Shown: positions 1 to 12,490, numbered from the stretch's first letter. The stretch is 64,000 nt of DNA from Octopus bimaculoides (GCF_001194135.2 NC_068988.1:47640928-47704927), one strand, 5' to 3'. The notes: generated by a model from the sequence alone, not told the origin. Numbers and translations are program-made.

Positions 1-1208
1 TTTAGCTTTGTTACGCAATCATACAATCGAAAAGTAATATCAATGTCCTTCACATTAACTATGGTAGTATTTGAGCTCAATAGTTTTAGGTGGTGAGATT
101 TTTTCTGGTAATTGCTTTGATAATCTCCTTTCAGCAAAGTACTGCAACACATTATGTTACATATAAAAGATCCTATCATATTTTTATGTACTATGCAGAT
201 TGCTCCCTTGAGGTATTTTTCTTTCAGTCATATTTTTAATGAAACACTCCTCGATTGCATATCTTCCACGCTAACAGCATCGAGTAAATTGTATTTGAGT
301 TTAGATTCATGGCGTCAATATTGGGAGTTTTTTGTTTCAATTTGCCACGGTCGTAGTCTAGCGTCGAGGCTATATAAGAAACCACGACATTTTGCTTAAG
401 TTAACATCATTCCAACCTTTTTCAATCCAGCTGCAAATTTTGGCTAAATTTGTAAAGGTAATTGGATGAAGAAAAGTTACAAAAGTAGGTTGATTCTCAG
501 AAACTTTATAAACCTATAGTTAATTACATGCCAAAGATATTTTGCTTGACAAGTGTAAACACTTACCCAAGGATATCATAAGCTTCACGGCAGCGCCAAA
601 CCTCTAAACGCTGTTATACCTCCCTTGTTCATTCACGCACCCTTACATAAGTCTGTTTGACTTTTAAACTAATGCACTGAGATAAAGAAGAAAAAGACAG
701 GAGTCTTTCTCTAATTATTAACGGCGTCAACACCAATAACAACAGTAATAATAGGCTATCAGTACGATACATCCACCAAAAAACTATTTACTTAAACGTC
801 TCAGAAACTTTTAGTTAAACGGTAAAGACTAGACACACCGCTTAAATTTCAGTTTGAAAATCATATATAACTCGCAATGTAATCTAGAAGCTGGAACTGA
901 AAGTAACATACACGCGCACACACGCACATTCAAATCTACAAATGTATCAACACGCACGCATACACTTATACATATATAAAGATCCACAGAGGAACTCAGT
1001 CAGACAGACAGCTATGCAAATACACAACGTCACATTTAAATACGTAAAGACGCATCAAGACACGCACACACACACACACACACCGACAAACACCAACCAA
1101 AACCCCATTATCAAACTGTACACAAATATGAATATATTTGAAAGCATGTTTAGCAAAGCAGAAAGGTTGGCGAGAGAAGATCAAAAAAAAAAAGAGGAAG
1201 ACAGAGAT

Positions 1209-1209
<1 letters not shown>

Positions 1210-1280
<71 letters not shown>

Positions 1281-1292
1281 CGAGTGAGAGAG
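1210..1292. repeat. (GA)n microsatellite
   Basis: Direct: long GAGA run; explains the RE-repeat ORF 942-1319. Confidence 0.95.
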
Positions 1293-1927
1293 AGCGAAAT
1301 GAATAATATTAATAAATAACTAGAAACATGTACATACACAGTAATACACAGAAAATATAGCAAAAGCAAAGTAAGAAAAAATTTGAAAACAAAACCAAAA
1401 TGGCCGCCAATAAATTTTCTCTTCTTTCGTGATATTATATTTTTTCCTTTCTTCCCATTTTACATAATTTCATAGTTTCAGTTAAAATGGATTTTGTCAT
1501 TGCAGTAAATTGTACTTAAGATTATGAATGTGACGTTTGTTTTCATTCGTTTTATTTTCTATTATTTTCTCTTTGACATTTCATTTGGCGAAGTCAAAGA
1601 ATATTAAATATAATCATTGATGAAGTTTAGATTTCATTTCAATTACGATGTATTTTATATAATAGTAATATTAATAATACTAGCAATACAGTTTCTTTAT
1701 TTGTCTCAACTTCTATCAATGGTGATTTTATATATCACCCTTCTCCTACTGCATCACAACGAAACTCCTCGAATTATTGATTTCGTATCTCTTGTCGGTT
1801 ATTTTATTTTACCAATGTTTGTGTGTCTATGTGTGAGCAAGAGTTTTCTCTTTTGTTCCTTACTTGCTCTTATTATTGCATTTATTTATTTCTTTTCCTT
1901 TAAGATATTATTATTATCAAAACCGGT

Positions 1928-1948
1928 ATCATCGTCATCATCATCATC

Positions 1949-2010
<62 letters not shown>

Positions 2011-2062
2011 TCTTATTATTATTTACAATAATATTATTTTTATTGATATCATTATTATTATG
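1928..2062. repeat. (TCA)n/(TTA)n trinucleotide microsatellite
   Basis: Direct: TCA then TTA repeats; explains the poly-L and poly-N ORFs. Confidence 0.95.
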
Positions 2063-3339
2063 TGGTGTCGGTTGCAATAGGTGAATGGTGCTACAGGGAT
2101 CTTTTGTTTTGTTTCTTGCATTCTGTTGTTGTTACTTATGATTACCATTATTGTTGCTGATGCTGTTACCCCCTCCTAAACGAAGAACACAAAATAATAT
2201 CGTTAGGCTTGGCATCGATACCAGAAAAGAATTGGATTCCTACAATAATGTCACATATAAAGGATACCCTCACCGCCACTCGTTATTTCATTCTCTGCCC
2301 CCCCCCCCCNNNNNNNNNNNNNNNNNNNNNNNNCCTCTCTCTCTCTCTCTCTTTACGCTGAAGACTTTCAAATAACCTTTACTCGTCCTTCGATCGAATC
2401 TTGGTCTTGTACGGCTTTGCGCCATCACCAACCAATCAACCCTAACCCCACCACTTTTGTCGATTCCAACACAGTATCCTCCTTTCAAACTCTACCCCTA
2501 CCTCCCGTGAGGCCAAACTGATAAAAGGGAATTTATGGTCTTTGATAACAACAAAATGAATCGAATGAGGTCCGTGTGTTATATTGCAGAGATGTATGGT
2601 GTAGAGAGGGAGGGGGTTAGAGACGAGGGGAGTGGAGAAACATATCTGTTCTATATAAGATGACAAATAAAATCAACGACAACAACAAAACAAGGAGGAG
2701 AAGTGGGTGAGGGGAAATGATGTTGAAAGCTAAGACAATTTCGTAAACCTGATTATCTGAAATGCAACTTATTTGGAATATCAGTTCCCCAGTTCTGCAG
2801 GCTCTCTTTCATTGCCAATATTCATTGGTCGGTCGAAAATACCAAGAGAATAGGAGGTAGTTTAGTGCTAAACAAAGACCCCCTGGGTTATGTAAAAGCA
2901 AATTTGTCAATGTTATCGTATTCTTTTATTCGAATTTCGTGGCAGGCCATGACTTTTTAGACACGCCATACATACATAGAAGTATGTATAAGCGCACGCA
3001 CACGCACACACACACGCACACACATAAGCGCACAAAGTTTTCATATTCATATACAAGTGTATGCGTGTGGCATGTCAGCGTCTGTGGTTCTGTCTGTGTA
3101 TGCACAAAGTTCATCTGATATATGTTTGAAATATGTTATGCATACACATCACACACCTGCATTCACACATACACACATACACACTCATACACTCATATAC
3201 ACATGCTTACACACACAAATATAAGATGATGTATACATATGTGCGTGGGTGCTGGCATATATTTAGCTAATTTATTTCATTATTTCATGCGGTGACGATC
3301 ATGGAGTCGATGAGTGGTAATAGACAATATACGGTAGAA

Positions 3340-4405
3340 TTTTGAGTTGGATGTTTGACAATAGACAGTGCGCTTTTCAGTTGATGGAAGGCAGTCATTG
3401 CAATTCATTTTAGCATTCAAATAAAATCTTTCTAGACTACATAGTTTTAATGTGTCCCTCCATTCTGACTTCAGTGGAATGTGTTCTGAAGAAAATTTTA
3501 TTTTGTTGATATTTATAACAATCCATGTGATGTCTCGTGTAGCTTAAAAGTTCCGACTTACTTTCATAGAAACACCTGTACAGGTTTCATATTTTCTTAC
3601 TGCAATGAACAATATTATATATGTTCATTGATACGTGGTCTATGATATTTGAGACCATATTTTCCAGGCTATCAATGCAACACTGAGCTACTGTTGAGGC
3701 GTCAACCGTAGCACTCCGGTCTCTTGTTAGACACCCTCTTTATTTATCTGCAGATGTATAAATCGCAATTTAAAGTAACATGCTATAGTAAAATCCTATA
3801 ATGTCAAACAGCTAACATATTAAAGGCAGAGTCGTCATTTCAAACATTATTAGTTCTGTGCAGACAATCAGTGACGGGTCATATTTGTATCTTCATCAAG
3901 ATCGCCGAGTCTTTCCATCCATTACGTACCTCTGACATTCCACCACATTTAGCTTGTGATATTTGTTTTGCTTTCACAGTGGATTCTTCTGTTCCCTCTA
4001 GCTGAGCCTCAATCTCGATGAACTGTAATTATTTTGCATACTTCTTTGTTTCATTTGACATTGAGTGGTGTTTCTTTATACTGTTATACTTGCATACAAG
4101 TTCAAGCATCGAAGTCATTAGTATTTTTAGACAGGTGTGTAATCTTATCGTTGTTGTCTTAGGACAGTTGCAGTTCCACCATTCTATGCTCTGCATTCCT
4201 TCAAGGGGCGTATAGTCTGTCTATATCTACCGTTTGGTGATGCATGCAGTACATTGGGAGAAACGTGCGAAGTTTTGCATAAAATTTACTCTCATTTATG
4301 TATTTAAAAGTCGTTCTAGTATTCAGTCACCATGTGCAAAAAGCGTTAGACCATCCATGCAAAGAAGAGGAGTCACTGGACAGTCATATATTCTGTATAC
4401 AGAAT
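3340..4405 (-). mobile_element. Decayed, internally deleted RLE-type (R4/Dong-like) non-LTR retrotransposon, RT core to C-terminus
   Basis: Minus-strand translation gives YRIYDCPVTPLLCMDGLTLFAHGD (YMDDLKL RT motif, about 4341-4365), MHHQTVDIDRLYAP (HPxxDxDRLYxPR motif, 4204-4248) and terminal AFHQLKSALSI (resembles HILRxALS). Many stops and frameshifts. Confidence 0.7.
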
Positions 4406-4549
4406 TATTATCATCATCTTCATCGTCATCATTAACGTTATTATTATTTTTGATTCTATATGTGTGAAGAGTTGTATGGGAAAGAAAAGAGAAAGGTGCT
4501 AAGGGAAAAAGTGTGTAATTATGGAACTGGTGGTGAGGAAGTACAGGTG

Positions 4550-5110
4550 AGAGAATGTGAAGGGAAGAATTTATATCAAAATGCTGTAAGTTTTGATAAA
4601 GAAGATACATCTGTTTTCTCTGGAATTGACAGGTGGTAGAACCAGCACTGGAGGCCAAACCGAGGGTTAGAAGGTGCTAGGTGAATTGTTCAGCGAAGCG
4701 GAAACGTGGACTGACAGGTGACTCGAAGCCATCTCAGATATCTCTGAGATACACGTAAGATACCCGATGTAAGTCGAATCATAAAGGTGAAAGCGAGCAC
4801 GTAAAGCAAAGAAGCAACTTTAAAAATCTTTCTTGGGAAAGGTGCCCGTCTTGGGTCAGAAATGGTTTACTTTCTCTCTCTACATGGATTAGATGCGTCT
4901 CGACTGTGCAAACCAGTTCTTACATGGAAATTACTGCTCACGCGTCCATGTCTCACGCATCCCTGGTATATTTCATATCAGTTCTAGTCCGGATGTTCTT
5001 CATGTCACCAAGCATTTTATTTAGTACATTGATATATTATGTTGTTACACAAACACAAATGGCATTATATATGAAACAAAAGGTTTCCTCTTATCTGCAT
5101 CCTCCCTGAT
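4550..5110 (-). mobile_element. Heavily decayed CR1/L2-like LINE 3' fragment
   Basis: Weak motifs IYQGCVR (like LYKAQVR) and KVASLLY; resembles the plus-strand copy at 5440-6470. Confidence 0.3.
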
Positions 5111-5439
5111 CATTCGTTCATATTTTCCTATACAATTAAGGCAGAACAAGAACTAAAAGAAGATTTGTCTTAAAAGAGAATGTAAAACGCATTCTTTTTA
5201 AATATATACACACATTAACACACAGTATATGCATATATATATTTTTAACAAATATATATGCACGAACATACATACATGCATGTATAGATACACACACACA
5301 CTTATAGATGCATATATACAAGCATACATACAAAAATACATATATACATACAAAAATATACATACATACATACATACATATATACATACGTACAAACGTA
5401 CATACATACATACATACATACATGCATACGTACATACAT

Positions 5440-6470
5440 TGTTGCCCTATATATCAATAAAGCCTTCTAAAATGTCAGGCATGCAAGTCTTTTCACATAT
5501 TGTAGCATACGAAATCCACCTATCTTTCATCATCTCTAGGATCATTAGCTTCCAATCAGAGCGCACCATCGTGGATTGTGATGACAGACTTCTTCCTACC
5601 AATAAAAATTAACTCTGATGTTTTCCGCGGTTCAAATTTGTACCCCAGTGCTCTTTCTTTTTATGCATTAATGACATAGTTGTCTCTAAGTGAGAACTCT
5701 TCATTCTTCGCTAACTTTTCCAATCAAACATTAACCACACACAACTACACGCTATACTTGTGTTGATTCCATACACGGCAGCCTTTAGAGCATCCTCCAA
5801 CGGAAGCACTTCACTTTCCCTCCCGTAATTACAAAAGAACCTATCAAGAGAATACTATCGCGCCACACAGGGAAAATATACGAATGGCACATAGCTGGAG
5901 CCCTAACAGTCGCTCTAAGTGCTAGACCTTACTGTCATAGAAGATTATTCCTTGTGAAATCAGATCATCAAGATAGCTAGGACGTAAAAACTAGCCCTTC
6001 TCTTCAGGGTCAGGATATATATTAGACTGACACTCTTCAAAGCCCCAATGAGGTACACAATGCAGAATTGCTCTAAATACTGGAACGATGCTACTACTAC
6101 GCACACAGACATTCTACTTAGAGAAAGGCCACTCGATCGATTAGCACTCATTTACTAAGACACATTCCATCCTCTAGCCCGAAGCGTCAAACTATCTTCT
6201 CTTTGTCTTTCCTATCGACACTACAATGGCCTCAGCAACTTTTAGCTAGTTTTTGTTATGGCTACACCACCCAAGTACTCTGATGCACTAATCGTTACAT
6301 CACTACTCACCGTTTTGTATTGAAATACTCGGTTCAGCACTAAACACAATAGCCAAGACAGCCTTCCCACTGTAGTCTTCTTCGCGTCCATGTCTTCCAA
6401 GCATACAACAGTTCCAACGGAGAAGTAAAGGCAGTTAAATCAGTGGTCTCGGACCACGTGAATAACTTCA
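5440..6470 (+). mobile_element. Decayed CR1/L2-type LINE, RT and 3' region
   Basis: Motifs INKAF*NVRHASL (ISKAFDKVWH), INSDVFRGSNLYP..LCIND (GVPQGS..FIND), LFKAPMRYTMQNCSKYWNDA (LYKAQVRPxMEYCSHIW) and SLCLSYRHYNGL. Confidence 0.7.
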
Positions 6471-6500
6471 ACATACTACTATTCTTGCAGACACATTATG

Positions 6501-6950
6501 TAAGTTCTGTCCCAATTTTGAATGAAGAAAACAAGTGATCAAATGTTGTATTTAATTGAAATTTAATCATCAATGTACTTTCCCTGATTATCTATGACTT
6601 CTTTCCATTTATTTACAAGCTTTTTAATCACATCAACATACAACTCTTCTGGTTTCAAAGCGAAGAACTCTAAAATGTCAGTTTCGACCTCCTCCTGGCT
6701 TGCGAAAGTTATGTCCCCCAAATGATTATGTAAACTACGAAACAAATGGTAGTTTGAAGGAGCAAAGTCGGGAGAATAAGATGGATGAGGAATTGTTTCT
6801 CAACCAAGCTCTTCAATCTTCTGTGATGTGAACTTTGCTGTGTAGGGTCGCGAATTGTCCTGATGAAACATCACTACTTTTCGATTCACTAAAGTGGGTC
6901 TGTTTTTTCTTCAAAGCTTGGTTCAAACGCTCTAATTGCTGACAGTAGAC
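6501..6950 (-). mobile_element. Mariner transposon 3' fragment (transposase C-terminal third)
   Basis: Minus strand across frameshifts: VYCQQLERLNQALK..VMFHQDNSRPYTA..HPSYSPDFAPSNYHLFRSLHNHL..KKLVNKWKEVIDNQGKYIDD. Contains the mariner YSPD(L/F)AP motif. Confidence 0.9.
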
Positions 6951-7500
6951 TTGAGCACAAAAGTACAGCTCTCAAAATTACTGCAGAGCTTAATGACCAC
7001 CTCGAAAACCCAGCTTCCACAAAAGCTGTTCGCCGAGAGCTGCACAAAGCCGGATTTCACGGGAGGACTGCAATCAGAAAATCCCTACTTTCAAAAACAA
7101 ACGTTGCAAAGCATTTAGAGTGCAGTAAAAAACCTACAGAATTAGTCCCTAGAGCAGTGGAAGAATGTTATTTTCTCGCACGAGTCATCCTTTACATTAT
7201 TTCCGACCACCGGCCAAGTATACGTCTGGAGACAGCCAAAAGAAGCATTTGACCCAGACTACCGTCTTCTAAGTATTAAACATGGAGGAACATCTGTGAT
7301 GATCTGGTGGGGCGATATCTTAGAAATCCGACGGCCCAATGGTTTCTCTTCATGGCAAAGTTAATAGTCAAGACGATTTAAGCATTTTATCTGATCAAAA
7401 ACATCCTATGGTTGCGGAACTGTTTCCAGAGGGTAATGCAATCTTTCGGGGTGACAATGTACCAATTCACACAGCTAAAGTTGTTAGTGAATGGCACGAT
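6951..7500 (+). mobile_element. Tc1-family transposase internal fragment
   Basis: HKSTALKITAELNDHLENPASTKAVRRELHKAGFHGRTAIRKSLLS..WKNVIFSHESSFTLF..KHGGTSVMIW..NAIFRGDNVPIHTAKVV. Second HTH plus first two catalytic regions, decayed. Confidence 0.9.
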
Positions 7501-7514
7501 AACAATGCTTCCAC

Positions 7515-8800
7515 TGGCCGAAATTGCCTTTGACCCTCTGGTCGAAAACCGATGAGGAGTTGGTGACCTGTTTTATGTTCGCCTCTGTATTTAGTATATG
7601 TACGTTTGTTTATTTACTACACGTTTTTATTACACACACATATATATATCCACATATGAATATGTATATAAAGTTATGTCATATTTCCCGTTTGTNNNNN
7701 NNNNNNNNNNNNNNNNNNNNNNNNNNNNNNNNNNNNNNNNNNNNNNNNNNNNNNNNNNNNNNNNNNNNNNNNNNNNNNNNNNNNNNNNNNNNNNNNNNNN
7801 NNNNNNNNNNNNNNNNNNNNNNNNNNNNNNNNNNNNNNNNNNNNNNNNNNNNNNNNNNNNNNNNNNNNNNNNNNNNNNNNNNNNNNNNNNNNNNNNNNNN
7901 NNNNNNNNNNNNNNNNNNNNNNNNNNNNNNNNNNNNNNNNNNNNNNNNNNNNNNNNNNNNNNNNNNNNNNNNTATGTACGTTTGTTTATTTACTACACGT
8001 TTTTATTACACACACATATATATATCCACATATGAATATGTATATAAAGTTATGTCATATTTCCCGTTTGTTGTCTTCTTTTTATCTAATACTGAAAATA
8101 TTATTTATGTAACGCACGTACTCCATAATTTTTTTACCCATTTGTAGAAATATTCTTAGAATAATTTTGTGCCACTCTATCTCTTCCTTTACTTTGCTTT
8201 TCTTAATTTCTTTTTCTTTCTCTCTCTCTTTCTCTGTTACCCTCCTCCCATTATCACGTGACCCGTGACGACCTAAGCCAGTGTCATTCTTTATCGTGTT
8301 GTCTTCGATCGGATTGATCACGAATTTCTGAGCTCTTCGCTCTACTCCTTTCATTTCTCCTTCATGTTACCCACTTTTGTCTTTTCTGGCAGCCCCAAGG
8401 ATTTACTTTTGTTGTTGTTGTATATGTATTATTATTATTATTAATTGATGTCTTTATTCTGTTTATTATTTTGCCCTTCGTCCGTCCACTAACGGTCTTG
8501 TCACGAGCTCATCTCGTTTTGGTATGTTTTGGTTCCATTCCCGGCAAGTTTCTTCCCGGTGCCTCCAGAGGGAAATCAATATTATCGATAATGATCGAAA
8601 TTACGTTTGACCCTGCGGCCGATAACTGATGTGGAATTGATGACCTTCTATGTATTCTGTTTGCCTGTGTATTTAGTATATGTTCCGTTTGTTTATTTAC
8701 TACACGGTTTTTTTTTTTTATCATATATGTCGGTATGTCATATTTTCCGTTTGTTGCTTTTTTTAATCCTGAAAATAATGTTTATGTAACGCACGCACTC
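7515..8800 (+). repeat. Two diverged direct copies of an unclassified repeat (about 7515-8125 and 8585-8800)
   Basis: Shared blocks TTTGACCCT..CYGATGWGGARTTGRTGACC, TGTATTTAGTATATGT.CGTTTGTTTATTTACTACACG and TTTATGTAACGCACG.ACTCC. Confidence 0.7.
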
Positions 8801-8819
8801 CTTCATTTTTACCCCTATA

Positions 8820-8834
8820 TAGAGAGAGATAGAC

Positions 8835-8905
<71 letters not shown>

Positions 8906-9080
8906 TAAATAGTTAGATATACATATGTATATGTATATATACATATATCATGTGCATGTCTGTCTGTATATATGTAGGTAGATAGCAAGGTAGGTATGTA
9001 GGTAGGTATGTAGGTAGGTAGGTAGGTAGGTAGGTAGGTAGGTAGGTAGGTAGGTAGGTAGGTAGGTGGGTAGGTAGGTA
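8820..9080. repeat. Compound microsatellite (GA)n-(GATA)n-(AGGT)n
   Basis: Direct reading. Confidence 0.95.
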
Positions 9081-9859
9081 TACACGCAGACACATACATG
9101 CATTCACAACACATGAACACAGGCACATCTGTGCTTATCAATACAGAAGACGGTCAGGGTATTTCTAATGAACAACTCAAAGTGAATGTTATTGGTGTCA
9201 GTATGCTTTAGTAAAAACAAAGAATCCGATAGAATACAATTTGTTTAGCCCGGAGATATTTCAGAGTCTAAATTAGCGAATAAAATGATAATAGAATTCC
9301 TGACAAGATACCCAGTGAAGCAAAATATAGGTCGTCAAACTCAAGGTTTTTTATAAACACCACACATACGCGTATACTCCGCTCCACAGAATCAAATGGA
9401 GAGACGAAAACGTCATAGTCTGTTAATTTTGTAAACAAAACATTTGCCGAAACATGTACACGCACACACGCACACACACATACATATACAAACTTTAAGT
9501 GTTCTCAAATATGTTGTGACATATTTTAATCTCTAAAGGCTATTTCACTGCAGTTTACTATAGAGAAAAATTTTCCAATTATAGTAAAGGAGTAAATACA
9601 TCCTTAACAGTTCTGTGATGCCCTTTATCGGACAGCTACAAGAATTGATATTCCTTCCTCTGTGGGGAATATTAAAGACAGATAACCACGAGCTGATTAA
9701 AAAGTTTTAGCTTTAGAAAGAAGTACATGACTTCACAAAATATGTCCGACGTCGATTTGTGCATCGACTAAAAGCCTTGGAGGCAGTGCCCTATTATAAC
9801 CGTAGTCAAATGACTGAAATAAGTAAAAGATAAAAGATATATATAAATATATGTGTGTG

Positions 9860-9918
<59 letters not shown>

Positions 9919-10202
9919 ATGTGTGTGTGTGTGTGTGTGTGGATGTGTGTGCGTGTTTGTGTACGTATAATAGGTGTTTAAAACCTTTAAGGGATGGTTA
10001 AATCCAAAGACGCTCCTGGAGATTACCTGCGTAGGTATAGTCCTTGGTAAAAAGGTATACAGTAGCAGGTAATTCAAAGGATAAGCCGTAGTTTAAATTA
10101 TATGCAAGAAGAAAATGAAGGAAAAATAACAGGAAGAAGTTGGTCCTTTGCGCTAGTAACCCATTAATTTAATTAATTAATAAAGAAAAGTGGTAGTAAA
10201 AG

Positions 10203-10258
10203 TACGTTTACTATCGTTTCTGTTTACCAGTTGTAGTGGTAGACATCATCAGAATAGC
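10203..10258 (-). ncRNA. Minimal type I hammerhead ribozyme motif, catalytic core intact
   Basis: Minus strand: ..TATT CTGATGA TGTCTACC ACTACAACT GGTAAACA GAAAC GATA GTA AACGTA. CUGAUGA and GAAA core, 8-bp stem II with 1 mismatch, 2-bp stem III, GUA cleavage triplet; stem I only 2 bp contiguous. Confidence 0.75.
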
Positions 10259-10456
10259 CAGAATAAACACGTGGAAAACATGCGCTTTGTTAAACTTCGG
10301 ACTACAGATCAAACTAACCTCCATCCTACATCCATATCGCAGCAAAATTATCATCTAAGAAATCTACTATAATGTAAGACTCAGCATTCTTTGTCTTTAT
10401 TCTTGTTACCAATGTATCCCTATGTCTTTCGCTCTTCTTAACTCTACATATGACTC

Positions 10457-10512
10457 TGCATTCTGATGATGTCTACCATTGCAACTGCTAAACGTAAATG
10501 ATCGTAAATGTA
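10457..10512 (+). ncRNA. Hammerhead ribozyme motif, core mutated (GAAAC to TAAAT)
   Basis: TGCATT CTGATGA TGTCTACC ATTGCAACT GCTAAACG TAAAT GATC GTA AATGTA. 6-bp stem I (TGCATT/AATGTA) retained, palindromic GATC loop, stem II weakened. Confidence 0.6.
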
Positions 10513-12134
10513 CTATTACTACCACTTATCTTTATTAATTAATTAAATTAATGGCTTACTAGCGCAAACGACCAACTTCTTGTTATTTATCCTCCATTTT
10601 CTTCTTGCATATATATATATATATATATATTATTATAAAATCTGGTAATTAGTCATATATTAACTAATATCGATTAATTATCAGGAGGCCAGCACATCTA
10701 AAGAATCAAAGAGATTCAGAAATATTATCTGCAATCTCAGGGGATTAAGGTACATTTTAAAAAATAACGTCGACCACTAACGTGGACAATTAATGCGCTA
10801 GAAATAGATCACATCTTGTGTCTATTAAGACCTAAATTGTTCTCAACATGAAATATAGCAGCATACCAAAAACNNNNNNNNNNNNNNNNNNNNNNNNNNN
10901 NNNNNNNNNNNNNNNNNNNNNNNNNNNNNNNNNNNNNNNNNNNNNNNNNNNNNNNNNNNNNNNNNNNNNNNNNNNNNNNNNNNNNNNNNNNNNNNNNNNN
11001 NNNNNNNNNNNNNNNNNNNNNNNNNNNNNNNNNNNNNNNNNNNNNNNNNNNNNNNNNNNNNNNNNNNNNNNNNNNNNNNNNNNNNNNNNNNNNNNNNNNN
11101 NNNNNNNNNNNNNNNNNNNNNNNNNNNNNNNNNNNNNNNNNNNNNNNNNNNNNNNNNNNNNNNNNNNNNNNNNNNNNNNNNNNNNNNNNNNNNNNNNNNN
11201 NNNNNNNNNNNNNNNNNNNNNNNNNNNNNNNNNNNNNNNNNNNNNNNNNNNNNNNNNNNNNNNNNNNNNNNNNNNNNNNNNNNNNNNNNNNNNNNNNNNN
11301 NNNNNNNNNNNNNNNNNNNNNNNNNNNNNNNNNNNNNNNNNNNNNNNNNNNNNNNNNNNNNNNNNNNNNNNNNNNNNNNNNNNNNNNNNNNNNNNNNNNN
11401 NNNNNNNNNNNNNNNNNNNNNNNNNNNNNNNNNNNNNNNNNNNNNNNNNNNNNNNNNNNNNNNNNNNNNNNNNNNNNNNNNNNNNNNNNNNNNNNNNNNN
11501 NNNNNNNNNNNNNNNNNNNNNNNNNNNNNNNNNNNNNNNNNNNNNNNNATATATATATATATATATATACTTGCCACAAATCTAAAGATGGCTATAAATC
11601 CATACAAACACAACGTCAGTTCGTATTTTGAACGTTTGCAGAGAGTAATGTAATTACTCGTTTAATTACTAACAACAATCCAGTTGTCATCAGAGGGGTT
11701 TTGTTTGCTTATTTCAAAGCCAGACTACGTAGACCAAACCTTAACTCTATATCTGTGGTGAATTCTAATTTGCCGTCACACTTGGTCATTTCTCCTACAG
11801 CTGTCTCATCTGACTAACCTGGAAACATGGAGAAGTAAGCGACAGTAAATCTCCACGAATTGGTTTACTTAGACTCGAAGTCATTTTACCGAACAGCCAG
11901 CAACAATTGTTCAAATTTTATCTGGGTCAACCAATTAATAGCAGCTTGTCTGTCCCTAAAATGAACACACCTATGTAGCTGAATGTGGACGCGCTTATGT
12001 TAAGTACCTGAAATTTTAAATACGTTGCTTCCTTCCTACAAAACTCCGAGTAAACGGCCCAACAGGTCGCTAATGTATGCCGATATACAGGCACACACGC
12101 ATACGCATGTATTTGTGATCGTGTGTGTGTAAAA

Positions 12135-12166
<32 letters not shown>

Positions 12167-12339
12167 CTGTGTGTGTGTGCATATTAGTATGTAGATGGTG
12201 TTTGTTTAAATTGCGACTTACATAGCCATTTATTGTTCTAGCAAATTGCAGCGATTTCATACTAAAATATGCAAGGAGAATATGAGACGATTATAAAACT
12301 GTAACACATGCACACATAAATGCATATTCATATGTGCGT

Positions 12340-12378
<39 letters not shown>

Positions 12379-12450
12379 TGTGTGTGTGTGAATGTGTGTG
12401 TGCGTGTGTCCGTTGCGTTTGTGCGCGCACGCNNNNNNNNNNNNNNNNNN

Positions 12451-12490
<40 letters not shown>

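Larger units (their letters stand above)
10099..10613. mobile_element. About 515-bp element with about 155-bp inverted arms ending in TATA; probable inverted pseudo-LTR pair of a Penelope-like element
   Basis: 10099-10255 is the reverse complement of 10460-10613 with scattered mismatches. Each arm holds a hammerhead motif, and the right end runs into (TA)n. Confidence 0.75.

Noticed and set aside
1397-1408. YY1-like AAAATGGCCGCC, plus a CCAAT box near 2431
   Set aside because: Isolated short motifs with no supporting first exon or CpG island; could arise by chance.
942-2084. ORFs with poly-RE, poly-L and poly-N
   Set aside because: Translations of (GA)n and (TTA)n microsatellites. The same applies to the many HTHT, CVCV, YIYI and MYVC ORFs throughout the window.
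3500-3960. KLNVVGMSEVR read as an AP-endonuclease motif
   Set aside because: It lies between colinear R4-type motifs on the same strand, so it is better explained as an off-frame reading of that element.
7597-8071. Identical 99-bp sequence on both sides of an N-gap
   Set aside because: Exact identity across a gap is most simply overlapping contig ends, an assembly artefact.
10809-11613. Long ORFs spanning N-gaps (also 17343, 20236, 34125, 43191, 60452)
   Set aside because: Their length comes from unknown bases.
11670-11695. Minus-strand CTGATGA-CAAC-loop-GTTG hairpin
   Set aside because: Followed by TTAG rather than GAAA; not a hammerhead core.
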